NCBI GenBank assembly: GCA_016748015.1
Contig: JAAOMT010000591.1
Location: forward strand, 199,532 to 263,531
Origin: Geosiphon pyriformis uo1
Taxonomy: Eukaryota > Fungi > Glomeromycota
DNA: 64,000 nt
Direction of reading: 5' to 3'
A program made the translations under genes and the position numbers. A model generated the notes under the pieces. That model made no database searches. It was not told where the DNA came from and worked only from the letters and a program-made list of their open reading frames with translations. Numbering within the stretch: the stretch's first letter is position 1; every line of letters starts with the position of its first letter. This document shows positions 48,868-63,258 of this stretch, one piece after another.

Positions 48868-51800
48868 ACGTATTTAACAGCTCCAGAAGGCAACCCAACA
48901 CCATATCACCACTATGCTTCCACAGCTCATTAGAAATGCCAGACAAGCCAGCAGCCTTGTCATCAGGCAGACCCCCAACAACTGAGAACAGCTTACCCAA
49001 ACCGATTTTACGCATTACCCCAGAAAAAGTGTCATTCCATACATGATTTAGAGATGCATACTGGCGAGCCCAGAGTTCAGATACCACTGTAAGCACCACC
49101 CACTTCCTCATCCATTCCACCATAATCTTGTCCACCTTAGATTTCACCTCCACAGGTTCCAGAACCAAACCATTATCAACAACCAAATGATCAAGAATTA
49201 CCTTGCGAAAAGGCCAATCCAATATACTCCTTATCATGCCCTCTTTATTAGAAGCAAAACTCTTCATGCGTCTCTCTACAGCTCCTTTAATAGAAGCTTC
49301 CTCAGCCAACCTTGATTCAAACATCTTCAACTTCCTATATTCTTTGTGACTTGATGACAGGTACTTAAGAAGAACCATACTACTTACATCCAATCTAACC
49401 AAATCAGAAAACATGCAAGCTTTGGTCTCATCCAAAGTAGACCATTTCCTCATGAGACAATCAACTTCAAGCATGTTACTAGCGTGAACCACACCAACAA
49501 TCTTGGCAACGAATAACTCCAACCGAAAGAACTTTGAAGAATGCTTATTTCTAGAACATTAAAATTCACTAAACCATTGTCTGGAAAAAATTTTATCAGC
49601 AGACTCAACCATCACTTTTCCTAAAATTGCCCACATGGTATTCAAATCACCACCAGCTTTGGCATCAGAGAAGAGGTCCTTGATCAACAAAAGCTTAGCT
49701 GAAACACAATCCCTAAACTCAGACCACTTGGAAGCATCTGCATTCTTGACCTTGAACTTCCAACAATCCTTGTTAGCCTGCTTGCACAAACTATTTAGCT
49801 GAACATCCAAAAGTCCACCCAGACTAACTGACACCATAACAGCCTTGTGGTCTATATCGAAAAATTCTGAGACTGACCCAACCCAATGTTTAGCAACAGC
49901 AGAAAACAGATTCTCACTAACCAAAATGTAATCAATAGTTTTTTCTATTCCTCTTGAGTTGCTCCACGTAGAAGCCTTTGCCAACTGATGGCCAGCAAGT
50001 GAATTGACCAGACCAAGACCTAAGCAAAACCCATAACTTGCACTTCTCCCAGATTCATTTTCGTTAAAATTCTCACCCAAGACAACAAAATTGCTGACAT
50101 TAACAGCCTTAGCAATGAATGAATTAACCTCAGATGCCTGCCTAAAATGAATGCCCGGAGATGCACCAGTGTACAAACCAAGTACAATCACCGAAAGCTT
50201 GTCTTTGAACAAAAGACGCACCAAAATAACTTGATCAGGGATCTCTTCAATCTTAGAAACATGTCGAGCCAATAAACTGTTCATAATAATCACAACCTTA
50301 GCACCAACAAAACCCTTATTCAATTCCGAAGAAAAAATTCGCACTCTGTCGAACTTATCTGCAATCTATGGCCTAGTAGAAGACCTCAACTTTGTTTTTG
50401 TAATGAATGAGACCAAATTGCCAGAATTGCAATGCCAATGTACAACATCCTCCTGCTTGGCAGGGACATTAATTCCATGAACATTTTATGTAGTAAATTT
50501 CCAAACCAAACTGCTCATTGGGATGATAGCAGTAAAGAAGAACCCAAATCAGAACACAAAAAATCCAATCTCACCAAAACAGAACTGACTGAAGCCTCCA
50601 GAGCTAACATTTTAGACTCCAAGCCACCCACTTTGGTGGTCAGAATCTTTGAATTACTTGAACTAAAACCCCCATCCAACTCAGCATTTGAGAGAGGAGA
50701 AGAGGGTAATGTCAACACACCATCCAAAACCATATCCGAGTCCAAAACAGGAGCCACAGGTACAGAGCCAACCAAAGAAGAAGTATCAAAAGATAGCACC
50801 ATGGGCACCAATTCAACAAAATTCAATTTTCTAAGAATGCCAGAAACCTGGTCAGCCAAAAGTCCAACCGAGCATCCAAGAGAGACCTGTTAATTGGGAA
50901 GGAGGGAGCACCACCAACCAAACCCAAAGCACCTGACAAAGAGGGGCCAAAACCAAAACCAGAACCAGAGGAAGAGCCACCAGCAAAGGAAGCAAAAGAG
51001 ACCATCTGAGCCCAAGATTTGCCACCAAAGACAGCAGAGTGAGAGATAGGAACATTTTTTTTTGTATATAACTTGGCTAAATGAAAGCAATCCACACTGA
51101 AAACATGTCTTCCTTTTTTTAAAGCAATAGAAGGCACAGGAACAAAAACATCAGAAGCATCACATTCCAAGGCTGAATGTCCAAATCTCCCATACTTTTC
51201 ACACCAAACCAAGCCTAACCTAGCCCAAGAAAGTCTCACACTGCCAAAAATTGGTTCTGTGCGAAAAACAGCTTCCAGTTTCTCCTTAGAATCAAAACCA
51301 ACCACAGCACAGTAAACCCTATTGTCCATTTCAAATGACCAATTGATAATACAAGTTTTTCCGTCAGCCTCCTTTAACAGATTGCCAAGATCATAAGCCG
51401 TCATTCCCACCGGCAAAGTAAACAACAGTGTTTTGAACCAATCTCTAGAAGCCCAAGTCTCGCGATCTCCCACAGCCATAGTTACACGCACCAAATCTTT
51501 CCTGATTAGGAATAACTACTTAGAAGCCAATTGCACTGCCTGTTTCAATTTGGCAAACTCAACCACAGTCTTCTGCCATAGTCCAACCAGTTGTACATGG
51601 ATCGACTTAATTTCTCCAAATTCAGCTACTGCGGCAATAATCATATCCTTAGGCATATCCATGGGAATTTCCTTGATTACTACGGCCTGATCTGAGCAAA
51701 TTTTTTGTTTTTTAAGATTGCTGTTTATGATGATTCCCTTTTTCCTAGCCAATGATGCAGCTCTTTCCATGCTTTCTTCTGACATGAATGTAGATCTAAT

Positions 51801-52480
51801 GATCCCTTCAAATTTTGAGGAGATAGTGGCCCCCCCAAAACCATTGATTCCTGAAAATAATTTCCTTATGACCTGAGTTTTGGCCATTGCCAATTTCTCT
51901 TTTACAGCTGAAAGATTAATGTCCAAAGCAAATGATTTTTTCACGGTGACTTCCACTTGAGTTTTAATGATTTTGGGATCCACTCACACCTTATCCAAAG
52001 AAAAAAACTTACAGGGGGGAAGGGAAACTTCCTTTTCTTCTTCCATGTCATAATTAATAGAGCTGAGAGGGAAGCCGACAGTTGCACCATTATTGAAATG
52101 CTTGGCTTGAAGTGTATTCATTCTAGAATCAGGTACTTCTTTATCTTCAGAAGCTTCTTTATCAGTATCTATGCCATTAAACTGCCCAACCACATGATCA
52201 GACCCACCACTTTCGAGAGTTGCATCACTACTTGAGAGCTTGGTACCACCAGGGAGTTTCTTGATTTTATGACCTGAACCACCACTAACCGAACCAGTGG
52301 TCGAAACTCTGGCTGACTTTCTCTTAACACTAGGGCCACTCATAGTAGTAGCTGGACTGACAACAAAAGGGTTTGTTTCTTGTGAAATAGTGGAAGACAG
52401 TATATAAAAAAACAGAAAAACTTCTTTCAAAATTTTGACTCTTTTTCAGGAATTTGGGATAAAGAAGAGAAAAAAGTTTT
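48868..52480 (-). mobile_element. LINE L-2 5' half: 5' UTR, ORF1 (52343-50515), ORF2 AP endonuclease and start of RT (50518-48868); cut by E5
   Basis: ORF1 with RRM-like segment and CEKYGRFGHSALEC knuckle; ORF2 NVHGIN, ETKL-type site, GENFN, TIDYI, DIDHKAV, KAAGLSGISNELWK. Confidence 0.93.
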
Positions 52481-54085
52481 TTGTAGTTATTATTTAATTT
52501 ATAATAATAATAATAATTTTTAATTTGTATAAAATTAAATTTATAAAAGATTTAATTATAAAAAATTGAATTTAAAAATATATATTATTGTATAATTTAT
52601 TATATATTTATTTAATCTAATTAATATAAATTTTTAAATTATTTAATAATATTATAAATAAAAATTTTTATGAAAAATTTTTGGTTTTTTTAAAATAATT
52701 TGCCAAATAAAAAGATTGTTAATTTGTTTAAAATTCTTAATAAATTGTAAAAATATAGTAGTTTTTTTATATAATTTGCTTTTAAGTTTGTTTATTTTTT
52801 GTTTATTTTTAAAACATAAACTAATATTTAAGTATTAATAATTTCTAAGTTTTATATTTAAAAAAGTATTTTAATAAATACTTTTGTTTTAATTAAAACT
52901 GTCAAAAAACTTTTTATTAATTTTATTTCTAAAGTTTGTAATAATAATAAAATTTTTAAAAAAAAAGTTTTTTTATGTTTAAAATTATTTTAACTTAAAT
53001 TTTTATTTTTTTAATTAGTTTTATTATAAAAATATTTTAGAAAAGAAAAAAAATTGTAATTAATTCTTTAAAACATATAAAAAACCTTTAATTTTGTTAA
53101 ATAAAATTGGAAAAAAATTCTAAGAAAATTAAGATATATAATAAATTTGTAAATTTTTTTGTTATATTTATTATAATTATTTGGGCTTATAAATAATTAT
53201 TGTATACATAATAAATTAAATAAAAAAAAGTGTTTTTGTTATTATTTTAACACATATTTTATGATTTATTTTTGTATAAAATCAAAAAAAATTGTAATTA
53301 CAAAATTAATATAAAACTTATTAATAAAAATAATAAACCAATTTAATAAACCATTTTTATATTATATCTTATTATTAAAATATTTTTATTAATAATATAA
53401 TAAAACATAATGCTAATATATCATTAATTTTAAATATAAATAGTTGATTTTTTTAGGTTAATAATATTTTAATAAACATAAACAAAATAAAACAATGACT
53501 ATTTTAATTATTTATAGAATAAAAAATATTGATTTAAAAATTTGTAAACAAAGTATTAATGTAATAAAATTTAATAAATTTTATAAATATTTAATTATTA
53601 TATTGTTTATAAATAAACTTAATATTTTAAATTTGAAAAAAGCTAAGTTTAATATTTAATTTTTTAATAATATTATATTTAAAATAATTATATTAAATAA
53701 ATAATTTATTTATCTAATTACAATAATTTTGTTATTAAATAAGTTTTATTAATAAAAATTAAGACTATTTATTATTTATTATATTATAATTAAAAAATAA
53801 AATTACAATAATAATAAATTTTGTTAACATAGATAACTTGTTAAAAAAATTATTTTATTATAAATTTGTGAATTTTTACATTTTAAATTAGAAATTTTGC
53901 AGTTTGTTTTTATTATTTACTAAATTAAAAACAAATTTTGTGAATTGTTTGGCTAATATAATTGATATTATTATAAAATTTAAACTTATTTATATATAAT
54001 ATTAACATTATATTTTTTGGTTTTAAATCAAATATTGTAATTTTAAATATTTTAAGATAAATAAATTTTTTAAGTTTATTATAAA
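52481..54085. repeat. Near-pure AT low-complexity spacer between head-to-head LINEs; probably a fully mutated TE relic
   Basis: Very few G or C bases; no credible ORF. Confidence 0.5.
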
Positions 54086-54089
54086 AAAA

Positions 54090-57000
54090 AAACTTCTTTC
54101 TCTTTTTCATCCTAAAAATCCCAAAAAAGAGTCAAAAGTTTTTTCTGAAAGAAGTTTTTACAATTTAGTATGATAAATCCAAATTTTTTTTCGATTTTGA
54201 GGTCATGGTCAGCCCTAGTATTACTGTTATAAAAAAGACTGTTAAAGATTCTGGCTCTGGTAGAAATTTCAGGCCTGTTTTGCCAAGAAAAAAGAAAAAA
54301 AGTGGTGCCTTGGAAGAGAATATTGAAAGCAAAAATAATTCTGTTAAGAAGCCAAGTGGTCAATCATGGGGGTCTGAAACCAGTGACACTACCGAATTTG
54401 ATAGTGTTAACATGGAAAAAAAATGTCTGGTTAAGGAAACCAGTTTTGACTATAATGAAAGTAGTATTCTCATTGATGAGGATCTTAATCAGACACCTAA
54501 AAAACTGGGTGTTAAGACTAAAAAAGCATTGGGCAAGCCATTAGGGAAAATAGATTTTACAAGTCATGGTGATATGAATAATGTTCTGTCTGATAGTTTT
54601 TTAGAACTTCCCCCTCCTTTGAAAAATTTGGTTAATGTCTCTGTTCAGAAATCTTTTGCTTTGGACATTGGGCTGGATAAAGTGGCTGGAAAATCTTCTT
54701 AGAATAAAATTTCAACAGTCAGAAAATTATTTTCAGGAATCAATGGTTTTGGGGAGGTTTTTATTCCTTCAAAATTCTCTGGAATTATCTGAGTGACATT
54801 TACTTCTGAATTGGATTTGATAAAAGCCACTAAAAAGACTACTGATACAGGGATTATGGTAAACACCAATCTTAAAAAATCTACTGGACATTCAGATTGG
54901 GCTGTGATAATAAAAAAAATTTCAGTTAGAACATTGGCTGAGGCTGTCCATGCTGTGCTTGCTAAATTTGGTTCTGTTAAGACAATTAAGATGCAATTGG
55001 TAAAGCTATGGCAAAAGGCCATGGTCAAATTTGCTCAATTAGATCAGGCTGATTTGGTTGCAGCTAGATAGTCCATTTTAATTGGGAAAAATGCCATAAG
55101 AGTGACCAAGGCTAATGCAGACAACGAATTATGAGATACAAAGGATTAGCATAGGGCTTTGCTCTATATACTGCTGATGAGCATCAATGCTCATAATATT
55201 TGGGACTTCATTAACTCTGTAGATGAGAAAACATGTGTTATTGATTAACACTCTGTTACATATGCTCGGGCCAGGTATGCTGTAGTTTGTTTTGATTCTG
55301 CTGCTTTAATTAATGCTGTTATAAAAACTACACCTGTCTTAAAGGGTGCCAATTTGTGTTGGTCTTACCTAAGTTCTGTTAAGTATGCTAAGTATAGAAA
55401 TTTGGGTCATACATCTCTGAGTTGTTCTGTAAGTAAGAATGTTTCTCCTAGTGGCATAACTCACAAGATATGATTAGATGATGATAAAAGCAGGCTGGCT
55501 TCTATTTATGTTAGATGCTCTACTCCTATCTCTTGTTCTGTTTCTTTTGGTGGTGTCTCTTAGGTCAATATTGTTAATAGATCTTCTTTTCCTCCTTTTT
55601 CTGTATGCAATAGCTTAGCTGCTTCTGGTTTTTTTTCAGAGATGAGACCTACTCTGATGGTGTCTATGGAATTGAATAATAGGTTTGCTGCTCTTGAGTG
55701 TAATCTTACCAGCCTTGCAGAATGCATTAACAAGTTGGCTAAGAAATTGGACTTACTTGGACCAATGGTTTCTCAGTCTAGCCCTGGATGTCAGCCGTTG
55801 ATAACCTTTTTATCACAGAATCAAGAGGCAAATATAGTAATGAATGAGGGTTCAAGTGTGGCCACTGGTGGTGAGACTATTGCAGGAGTGGCAGTTTTTG
55901 ACTCTTCAGTTGTCTCCAAAATGGAAGATACTCTAAACAATCTTTCAATCATGGTTATGGGCCTCTTAGCCAAAATTGACAATGCTGATTTGGTTTCTAT
56001 TGCTCTCTTTTCTCAATAATGGAGCTTGTATAGAAGTTTACTACATGCAATGTTTGAAGTCTCAATGTTTCTGCTAAGCAGGAAGACATTGTTTGGTGGC
56101 ACAGAGAATCTAAAAATATGATGTCTATTGTTATGGAAACAAAATTAAGATCTAATGTTAGACTATAGATCATAAACAGATTTGATGAAGTGTGCATTTT
56201 CACATCTGGCTTGGATAATAGGTTTCTTGGGGCTGAAGTGGTAATAGTTATGAACAATTCTCTGACTCAACATGTTTCCAAGGTAAAGGAGATTTCTGGT
56301 CATGTTATTTCAGTGTGTCTTCTTTTTAAAGGCAAGATTCTGGTCTCAGTTGTTGGTTTGTACGCTTGTGCTTCTCCTGGTGACTGGTTTGGCCAAGCAC
56401 CCAGTATTAATTTTTTCATAGCTTAGGTGGTCAACTCTAGTAATTTTGTTGTTTTGAGTGGTAATTTCAATAAGGGCAAGTCAATAAAGAGTGCAAGTTT
56501 TGGGTTTTGTTTGAGTTTGGGTTTGGTTAATTCTTTTGGTGGACATTTTTTGGCTGAAGCTTCTATGTGGAGCAACTTGAAAGGCATTGAAAAAGTCATT
56601 GATCACATTTTTGTTAGTGGGAGCCTGATCTTAGCTGTGGCCAGCCACAGAGTAGAATCCATGACTGAGTTTTTTAACACTGATTATAAAGCTGTTTCAG
56701 TTTCAGTAGGCTTGGGTGGTCTTTTGGACATGCGGCTGGATGGCATATGTAGGAATACTAATAGAGATTACTGGAAATTCAAGCTGAAGAACGTGAATAC
56801 TGATAACTGGGGGTGTTTTATAAAGTGCTCTTCAGACAAGTTTCTGGAAAAGTTGGTTGTATTTCATGATGCAGAACATAGTGGTGATTTGAATGGCATG
56901 TGGGATGTTCTCAGAGAAGTAACAATTGATTCTGCTGATGTAATCTTTTCTAGACTCTGGTTTAGCAAATTTGATAGTATAAGAAACAAAATTTCTTCAA

Positions 57001-59899
57001 AATTTCATGGTTTAAAGCTGCTGATGTTTAAGATTGTCAATAGTATGAAGACAAGTCTGAGTTTGGAGACTGACCATTTTGTTAACACTTAAGCAGATTT
57101 AGATAATGATGAGGCATCCAAGATTAAAATTATAATCAATAGAGGCACTAGAATTGAGAATATTGTGCACCACATTTCAGTTGTCAAGAAAAGATACTGC
57201 AGGTCCAAATATCATGAATCTAAGATTGCCAGAAATGAGTCTATCAGGGTGGCTATGGCAAAGCATATGGAAAATTTCTGCTCAGATAAGAGAAGAATAA
57301 TAAAGAACATTTTAGACCAGTCCTTTAGAAAGATAGTTCTCAATTACTTGATTGTTGATGATGAGCTTATCTTGGAGCTCCAGGCTGTCAAGTCTTCAGT
57401 TGATATTATAATAGAAGATTGGATAAGGAAATGCTTGGTCTCTGGTGTTTTTCCAGATTGGTGGCTTGACTAATACACTTCTTTAAATTATGTTGATAAT
57501 GATGTATTTTCGGAGGTTATGTGTAATATTGGTTTAGACAAACTTTTGGTGGTTGTCAAAAAATTACCCAATGGTAAGACCACTGGTCTTTTTGGGATTC
57601 CCAATGAACTTTGGAAGCACAGTGGTTCTCTGGTTCTCAATGGTCTTCTGAGCATTCTCAATAGGTGCTTGGAATCTGGTAGTGTTTCTACACAGTGAAG
57701 AAAATCTTGGGTTTCTATAATTTCTAAACCATACAATTGGAAAGATACTCTCACCAACATTAGGCCAATAGCACTAATTGAGACTGCATGAAAGATCTTG
57801 TCTAAAATTCTTTCAGACAAAATTTCTTTGGCTTGTAGTAAGTATAATGTCTTGTGTGGCAACAACTTTTCAGTGTTAAAGGGCACTTCCACACAATTCT
57901 CCATTTTTGCTGTTGGCTCAATTGTTGAAGATGCTTTGGAGAAAGATAAGAAGTTGTGGTTGGTTTTTCAAAATATGTACAAAGCATATGACTCTGTTGG
58001 TTGAACCCATTTGTGCAATAGTCTGGTTAGGATCAAAATGTGCTCTGCTTTATAAGTTTCTTTGGTGATATACACAATGGAAGATACAATCAGGTTATGA
58101 TGAATTTTGGTCTGTCTGATAGTTATATTGTGCATGATGGTTTAGATCAAGGAGGAGTGTTTTCTTTACTGCTATGGCAAATTTTTTATGACCCATTGCT
58201 CTATAAAATTAAAAAACATGAACAGTTGTATGGTTACAGATTGTGCTTGAAATTCTATACTAAGTCTGGTAAGCCTGATCTAAATAATAGCAGTACTTTA
58301 TTTTTTGCTGTCGGTGTCTTTGTTGATGACACGATTTGAATTGGGAACTGTTTAACAGTGACGCAAAATATTTTAAATATTGCTAGCAAATTTTTTTCTA
58401 TTAATGACATCTCAATAAATACTGACAAGACTGTCACCATTCTTATTAACCAAGGTGCTCAGAGAGCTGAGTTATTCATTAATAGATCAAGGATTTCTAT
58501 GGCTAAGAGGAGTAAATTTTATCAATATTTGGGAATTTTCTTGTTTATTGAGGGCTTGTTCAAGCCAAGTCTTACCAAGACTTATGTCAATGTCAGATTT
58601 TTTTTGAATGTTGTTCTAAGGAAGACCATTACTGAAAAACGATTTTTGTATCTGGTTTTAGCTGTCCTGCAGCCTATTGTTTGCTACAGACTTCAATTTA
58701 GCTTTGCATCTAAAAGTGTTTGCAAAAAATAAGACAAGTTATTGAGAAAGGGGCTTAAACTTAAGGCAAATTTGCCTAAAGACTTTCTTAGTGTGGCACT
58801 ACATCATCCCGAGTTGTATCACCTGAAACCTTTTGAACAGGTGCTCACTAAAAGTTTGATGGCCAATCTGATCAATTTTAACAATACAGGTGAGACTCTT
58901 AACAAGTTTTTTAAATACAAGGCAATGGACTTATAGGCGGCCAGCTGGATGCTCTGGCACCCTCTCAGTTTTCCAGTCATGTTGTCTATTAGTATTTTGA
59001 ATTGTTTTTTAGCTGGTGCTACACACACACTTACTTTGTGCAACACTTCCTTGAATGGTGTTCTTCTTAATGTTTTTAAAGCCAAGTCTGGTGTGCCAAT
59101 TCTAAACGTGTTGAGTGTAAATGGTTATTTGGATGTGAGAAAATCTCTCAGGAAATATGGTCTTGTTTTTGCCAACCAATTGTTAGATTATTATGGTGTA
59201 TGTTTTACTTAGAACACTTTTTACAGATGGAAAAGGCTTAACCCTAGAGGTTCAATTTCCACCTGGTTTGTTTCTATTTCCAATTTTATCAAAAGTGGTG
59301 GTTTGAGCAATAACATGATTGTGGCTTTTCATTCTGCTCCTGCCAATATTGTTTGTGATACTGGTTTTATTTCTGAACAGTTGCTTGCCACAGAGCTTGG
59401 TTCTATTGATGTGTATATGGATGGTTCTGTTAAGAGTTTGGAGTCTATTAGTGCCTGTGGTGGTGTTGTGGCTTATTTTTCAAAGGCCAACATGAGTATT
59501 GGGGTAAAAGTTATTAAATTACTGTTCTCAATGCTGGTGGAGTTGCAGGCCATTGCTTTAGTGTTGGAATGTGTTCCTAGATTTAGCACAGTCACTTTGT
59601 TTATGAACAGTTAGGTGTTGCTGGATATATGTAAGTTTGAAGTAAGTGGTTTTGGTCCTGATTTTTGATGCAAATGCTGAATTGAGGGAAAGCATATTCA
59701 TCAAGCTATTTTGAATAAAAATTTGTCAATCATGTGGAAGAAAGTCAAAAGATATTCAGGCATTATCAAAAATGAGCGTGTGGATTTTTTTGCAAATGTG
59801 GCAACTTTGTTTAAGTCTGTATTGCCTCTAAGTGTGCCATGTTGCTTTTTTAGTGTTGAGAACAAGCCTGTTTTTGGGAATGCATGTTATTTTGTTAGT
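54090..59899 (+). mobile_element. LINE L-3: ORF1 (54205-56019) and ORF2 APE-RT-RNase H (56019-59899); 3' truncated and decayed
   Basis: ETKL, GNFN, IDHIF, RPIALIET, KAYDSV, GLDQG, FVDDT, YLGI; RNase H VYMDGS, VELQAI, FMNS, WKKVKRYSG..NERVD. Confidence 0.95.
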
Positions 59900-62800
59900 A
59901 GTCTACACAAAAACAGATCTTTTTATTCTTTTTTTAAACAAATACTACTAATAACAACCATGAATTTATTGATGATTGAATTAATTTATTGTCTAATATT
60001 TGGTTGATTTCTTATCAGATAATTTCATAGTTGGCAAGTGGTTTTTTTTATACTCTTTTTTTGATTGGCATTGTAACTTCAGTTTTGATTTAATGTTAAA
60101 TAATATCAATTCTGTCAAATTTGTTTTTACTAACAAAGATATCAGTGAAATTGTTAAGTAGGATTTTGAATTGTATATATTAAAGTAAGTCTAAATTCCT
60201 TAAGTTCATTTGCTTTAACTGTTTTAATTATAGCAAATAATACTCTTTTTGTTTATAGATTTGTTGTAATATAATATTCACATATCTATACAGTTGTAAA
60301 AAGTCTGAAATAGTGGTTGGTGATTGGTTTTTAACTTCAATGTTTAAGTATCTAATAATAGTTTTATTTGGTATTTCTATAAAGTTTTCAATTATATTGT
60401 GTAGTATATTAGAATCTTAATATATCTATGATTCTTGGCTGGTATGTAAAGATTGATAATGCTAATCTCTCCTAACTCACAAATATTTGGTTTTACTTCA
60501 AAAATTTGGGATTGATCTTTTACTTTCCTCTTTATAACTACTATATACTAGTCATATAATAGAATAAAAATAGATTAATTGATAGAAATATTTTCTTTCT
60601 TATCAATGATTTTTTTTTCTGCCATTTTAACTGATATTTCTATTTTACTTATAAATCTTTTTATTTCTTTTGTTATAATTCCTAATTTTTCTTTTGTTCT
60701 TATTAACATTAACTAAGCTATTTTAACTAAAAACAAAAATATTGCCTATGCTATTTTTTTATTTGGTTTAATGATATATTTTTTCTCTGAGTTATTTTGT
60801 AATACAGCAATTATATTTCTTACATATTTTGCATCAATTATTTTTCTCTGATATTAATCTCTTTTTTTGCTAACCTAGATTTAAAGACTAATTGGACTAT
60901 TATTATTACCAGAAATTCCAATATTATTTTCAGATCTATATTAATATGTAAATAAGATTCCAATTAAATAACAGTTTTTTTGGAATATCTAAAATCAAAT
61001 TCTATATTGGTATTATGTATATGTTCTGGTATAATACTTTTATTATTATTACTGAATCATTTAAGTTCCTGCTCTTTTGAAAAATCTGAAAGCACAATAT
61101 ATTGTTTAAGGTTTTTGTTAGAGTTTGAATTATTGTTATTATCATTGTTATTGTGAATGGAGTTGAAACCATTATTGTTATTATTGTCAGAGTTTGAATT
61201 ACAATTGAATTTTGATTTCAATTCTAAAACACATTCACTAATTGGTTCTTCTTTTTCAGAAATTGAATAAATTATGTGTGTTAATAGATTGTAAATAAGA
61301 TCACAATCATTACAATATTCGAAATTACTGGGAATTAGGCAATATTTACAGAGTTTAGTATTTAATTGTTCCAAATGCTGCTTTTGCTTTTCTCTAATAA
61401 GTGTTAGATCTTGGTATTGTTTATGGAATTGTTTTGAATTACTCATAATATTAATAAATGAATTTGGGTTAGAAATGAGAATAGTTTTGACAAATTCTGG
61501 TAAGTTGTTTTTAATGGCAAGTATTTTGCTGGATAAAACATTTTCAACTTTGGCACTTGTTATTTGCCAAATTTTATTTTTGTTATGTGAATAACTGTTT
61601 AAGCATAAGAGTGCTCAGTTTTATATAGCATTAAAAAGCATTCTTTGGCTTATCTAATTGCTTATTAAAATCATGTACTAATATAATATATTATATGTTT
61701 CTCTATAACCAGAAATATTATTTTATATTTTTTTATTAAATAGTGTTTTTTTACAAATAAAACATGATTTATTGTCTTATTTTTTTTGTTGTTTTAAATA
61801 TCTAAACATTCTCAATAATACAGTTTGCAGTAGTAGTGGATATGTGTCCAGTAGTTTTTTTCTAATAAGATCTAAGCTCTTATGAAAGAAAGCTTTTTTT
61901 TATAATTAATGCATCTAAAAAAAATATATGGTTTTTTTCTTGAATCTATTAAGTATAGAACATATTAACTATTATTTGTTCTTTCTGTGAAAGTAGTAAC
62001 ATGAGATTTGTTTTCTTTTTTTTTTTTTTTTATTGTTTCAAGATAAAATTAGTGATAACTTATTGTAATTATTATTAGTCTACAAGACTTGATAGGCTTT
62101 TTAAATAGAATTTTTTTTTTAAAATCTATTAGCAATTGGAATGAATTTGTTTTGAAATGGTCACAGGTAACTGGTACTCAAATATGCTGATTATCTTAAT
62201 TAAGCTATAGCTCTTGTATGTTCTAATTGAATACAGCATTGGTCTTGAACAGCCAGTTATTATTAATAAGAACTTGGTATTATGTGGCTTTTATGACTAA
62301 AATCTTGATTGGTGTAATAATACTATTGACTTCAAAAGAAAAGTTATTAATTTTGCTAATAAAAGTCTTGGTTGCTCTATTGGCTGTAATAATTCTGGCA
62401 CTAACAGCATGATTAACTTGGTAACTTAATTGGTCTATAAGTTGTTATGTAATAATACTGTTTGTTAATTTACTATTAAGAATTAGCTTAATACATTGGT
62501 CATTAACTTTGATATTAATATACATAGTAGTAATTAATTTAATATTAAGGGTGATTTTATTGAATAATGGAGTTTCTGATTAGTTTTCTAACTCAAATAA
62601 AAAGATAGTGACTAGTAATTTGTTTTTTGTAATAGCTGCTGGTAGGATGTTATTGGTAAATAGTTGGTAATTGGTTTTTAAGTTATTGGATGAGTTGTTT
62701 TCTGAAGTAATCAAGAGACTTAAATAGCTCTGAAAATTCAGGTTTTGGATGTATCCATTTCTTAAACTTTACTAGTGTGATCTTGATAGCTAATTTAATG

Positions 62801-63125
62801 AACTGAAAATTAGTTGGTGTCTTACTATTGCTAATTATCAATTTTGTTAGGTGTATGTAATTCTTGGTCTTTGATTTTTGGTTGTTATTTAAATTTTGAG
62901 ATAATGTTTAAATTAGTTAAGATTAATAAATTACTTGTGGCTGTGGTTAATAGATTACTGATATTGAAGTCTGATAAACTGAAAGTATATATATTAGTTG
63001 TTATATTATTGGTGTATAATAAGATTGATATGGTTCTAATAATAAATTGGTAACATAGTTCTAGATTTGAAATCTGTAATCAGAGTTTTAATATTAATTT
63101 TCTGATTATTGGTTATTAAATCTAA
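59900..63125 (-). mobile_element. E6, internal fragment of an old family-A LTR element (gag C-terminus, protease, Cys-rich domain, dUTPase, RT start)
   Basis: Collinear with 16310-19545; CKYCLIPSNFEYCNDCD in ORF 61057-61446. Confidence 0.88.
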
Positions 63126-63130
63126 AAGAG

Positions 63131-63258
63131 TGTTATTAGTAAAATTTTAGCTATTAACTAGCATAAAATTATCTTTATAATTTCTATTATTAATTAACAT
63201 ATATTAAAATTATTTCAAATTATTACTTATTACTTAATCAAATTATTAAATATTACTA
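63131..63258 (+). repeat. 5' end of a family-B LTR, interrupted by LINE L-4
   Basis: Aligns to 47890-48015 (TGTTA...TAGCATRAAATTATC...TTTCAAATTAT). Confidence 0.7.
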
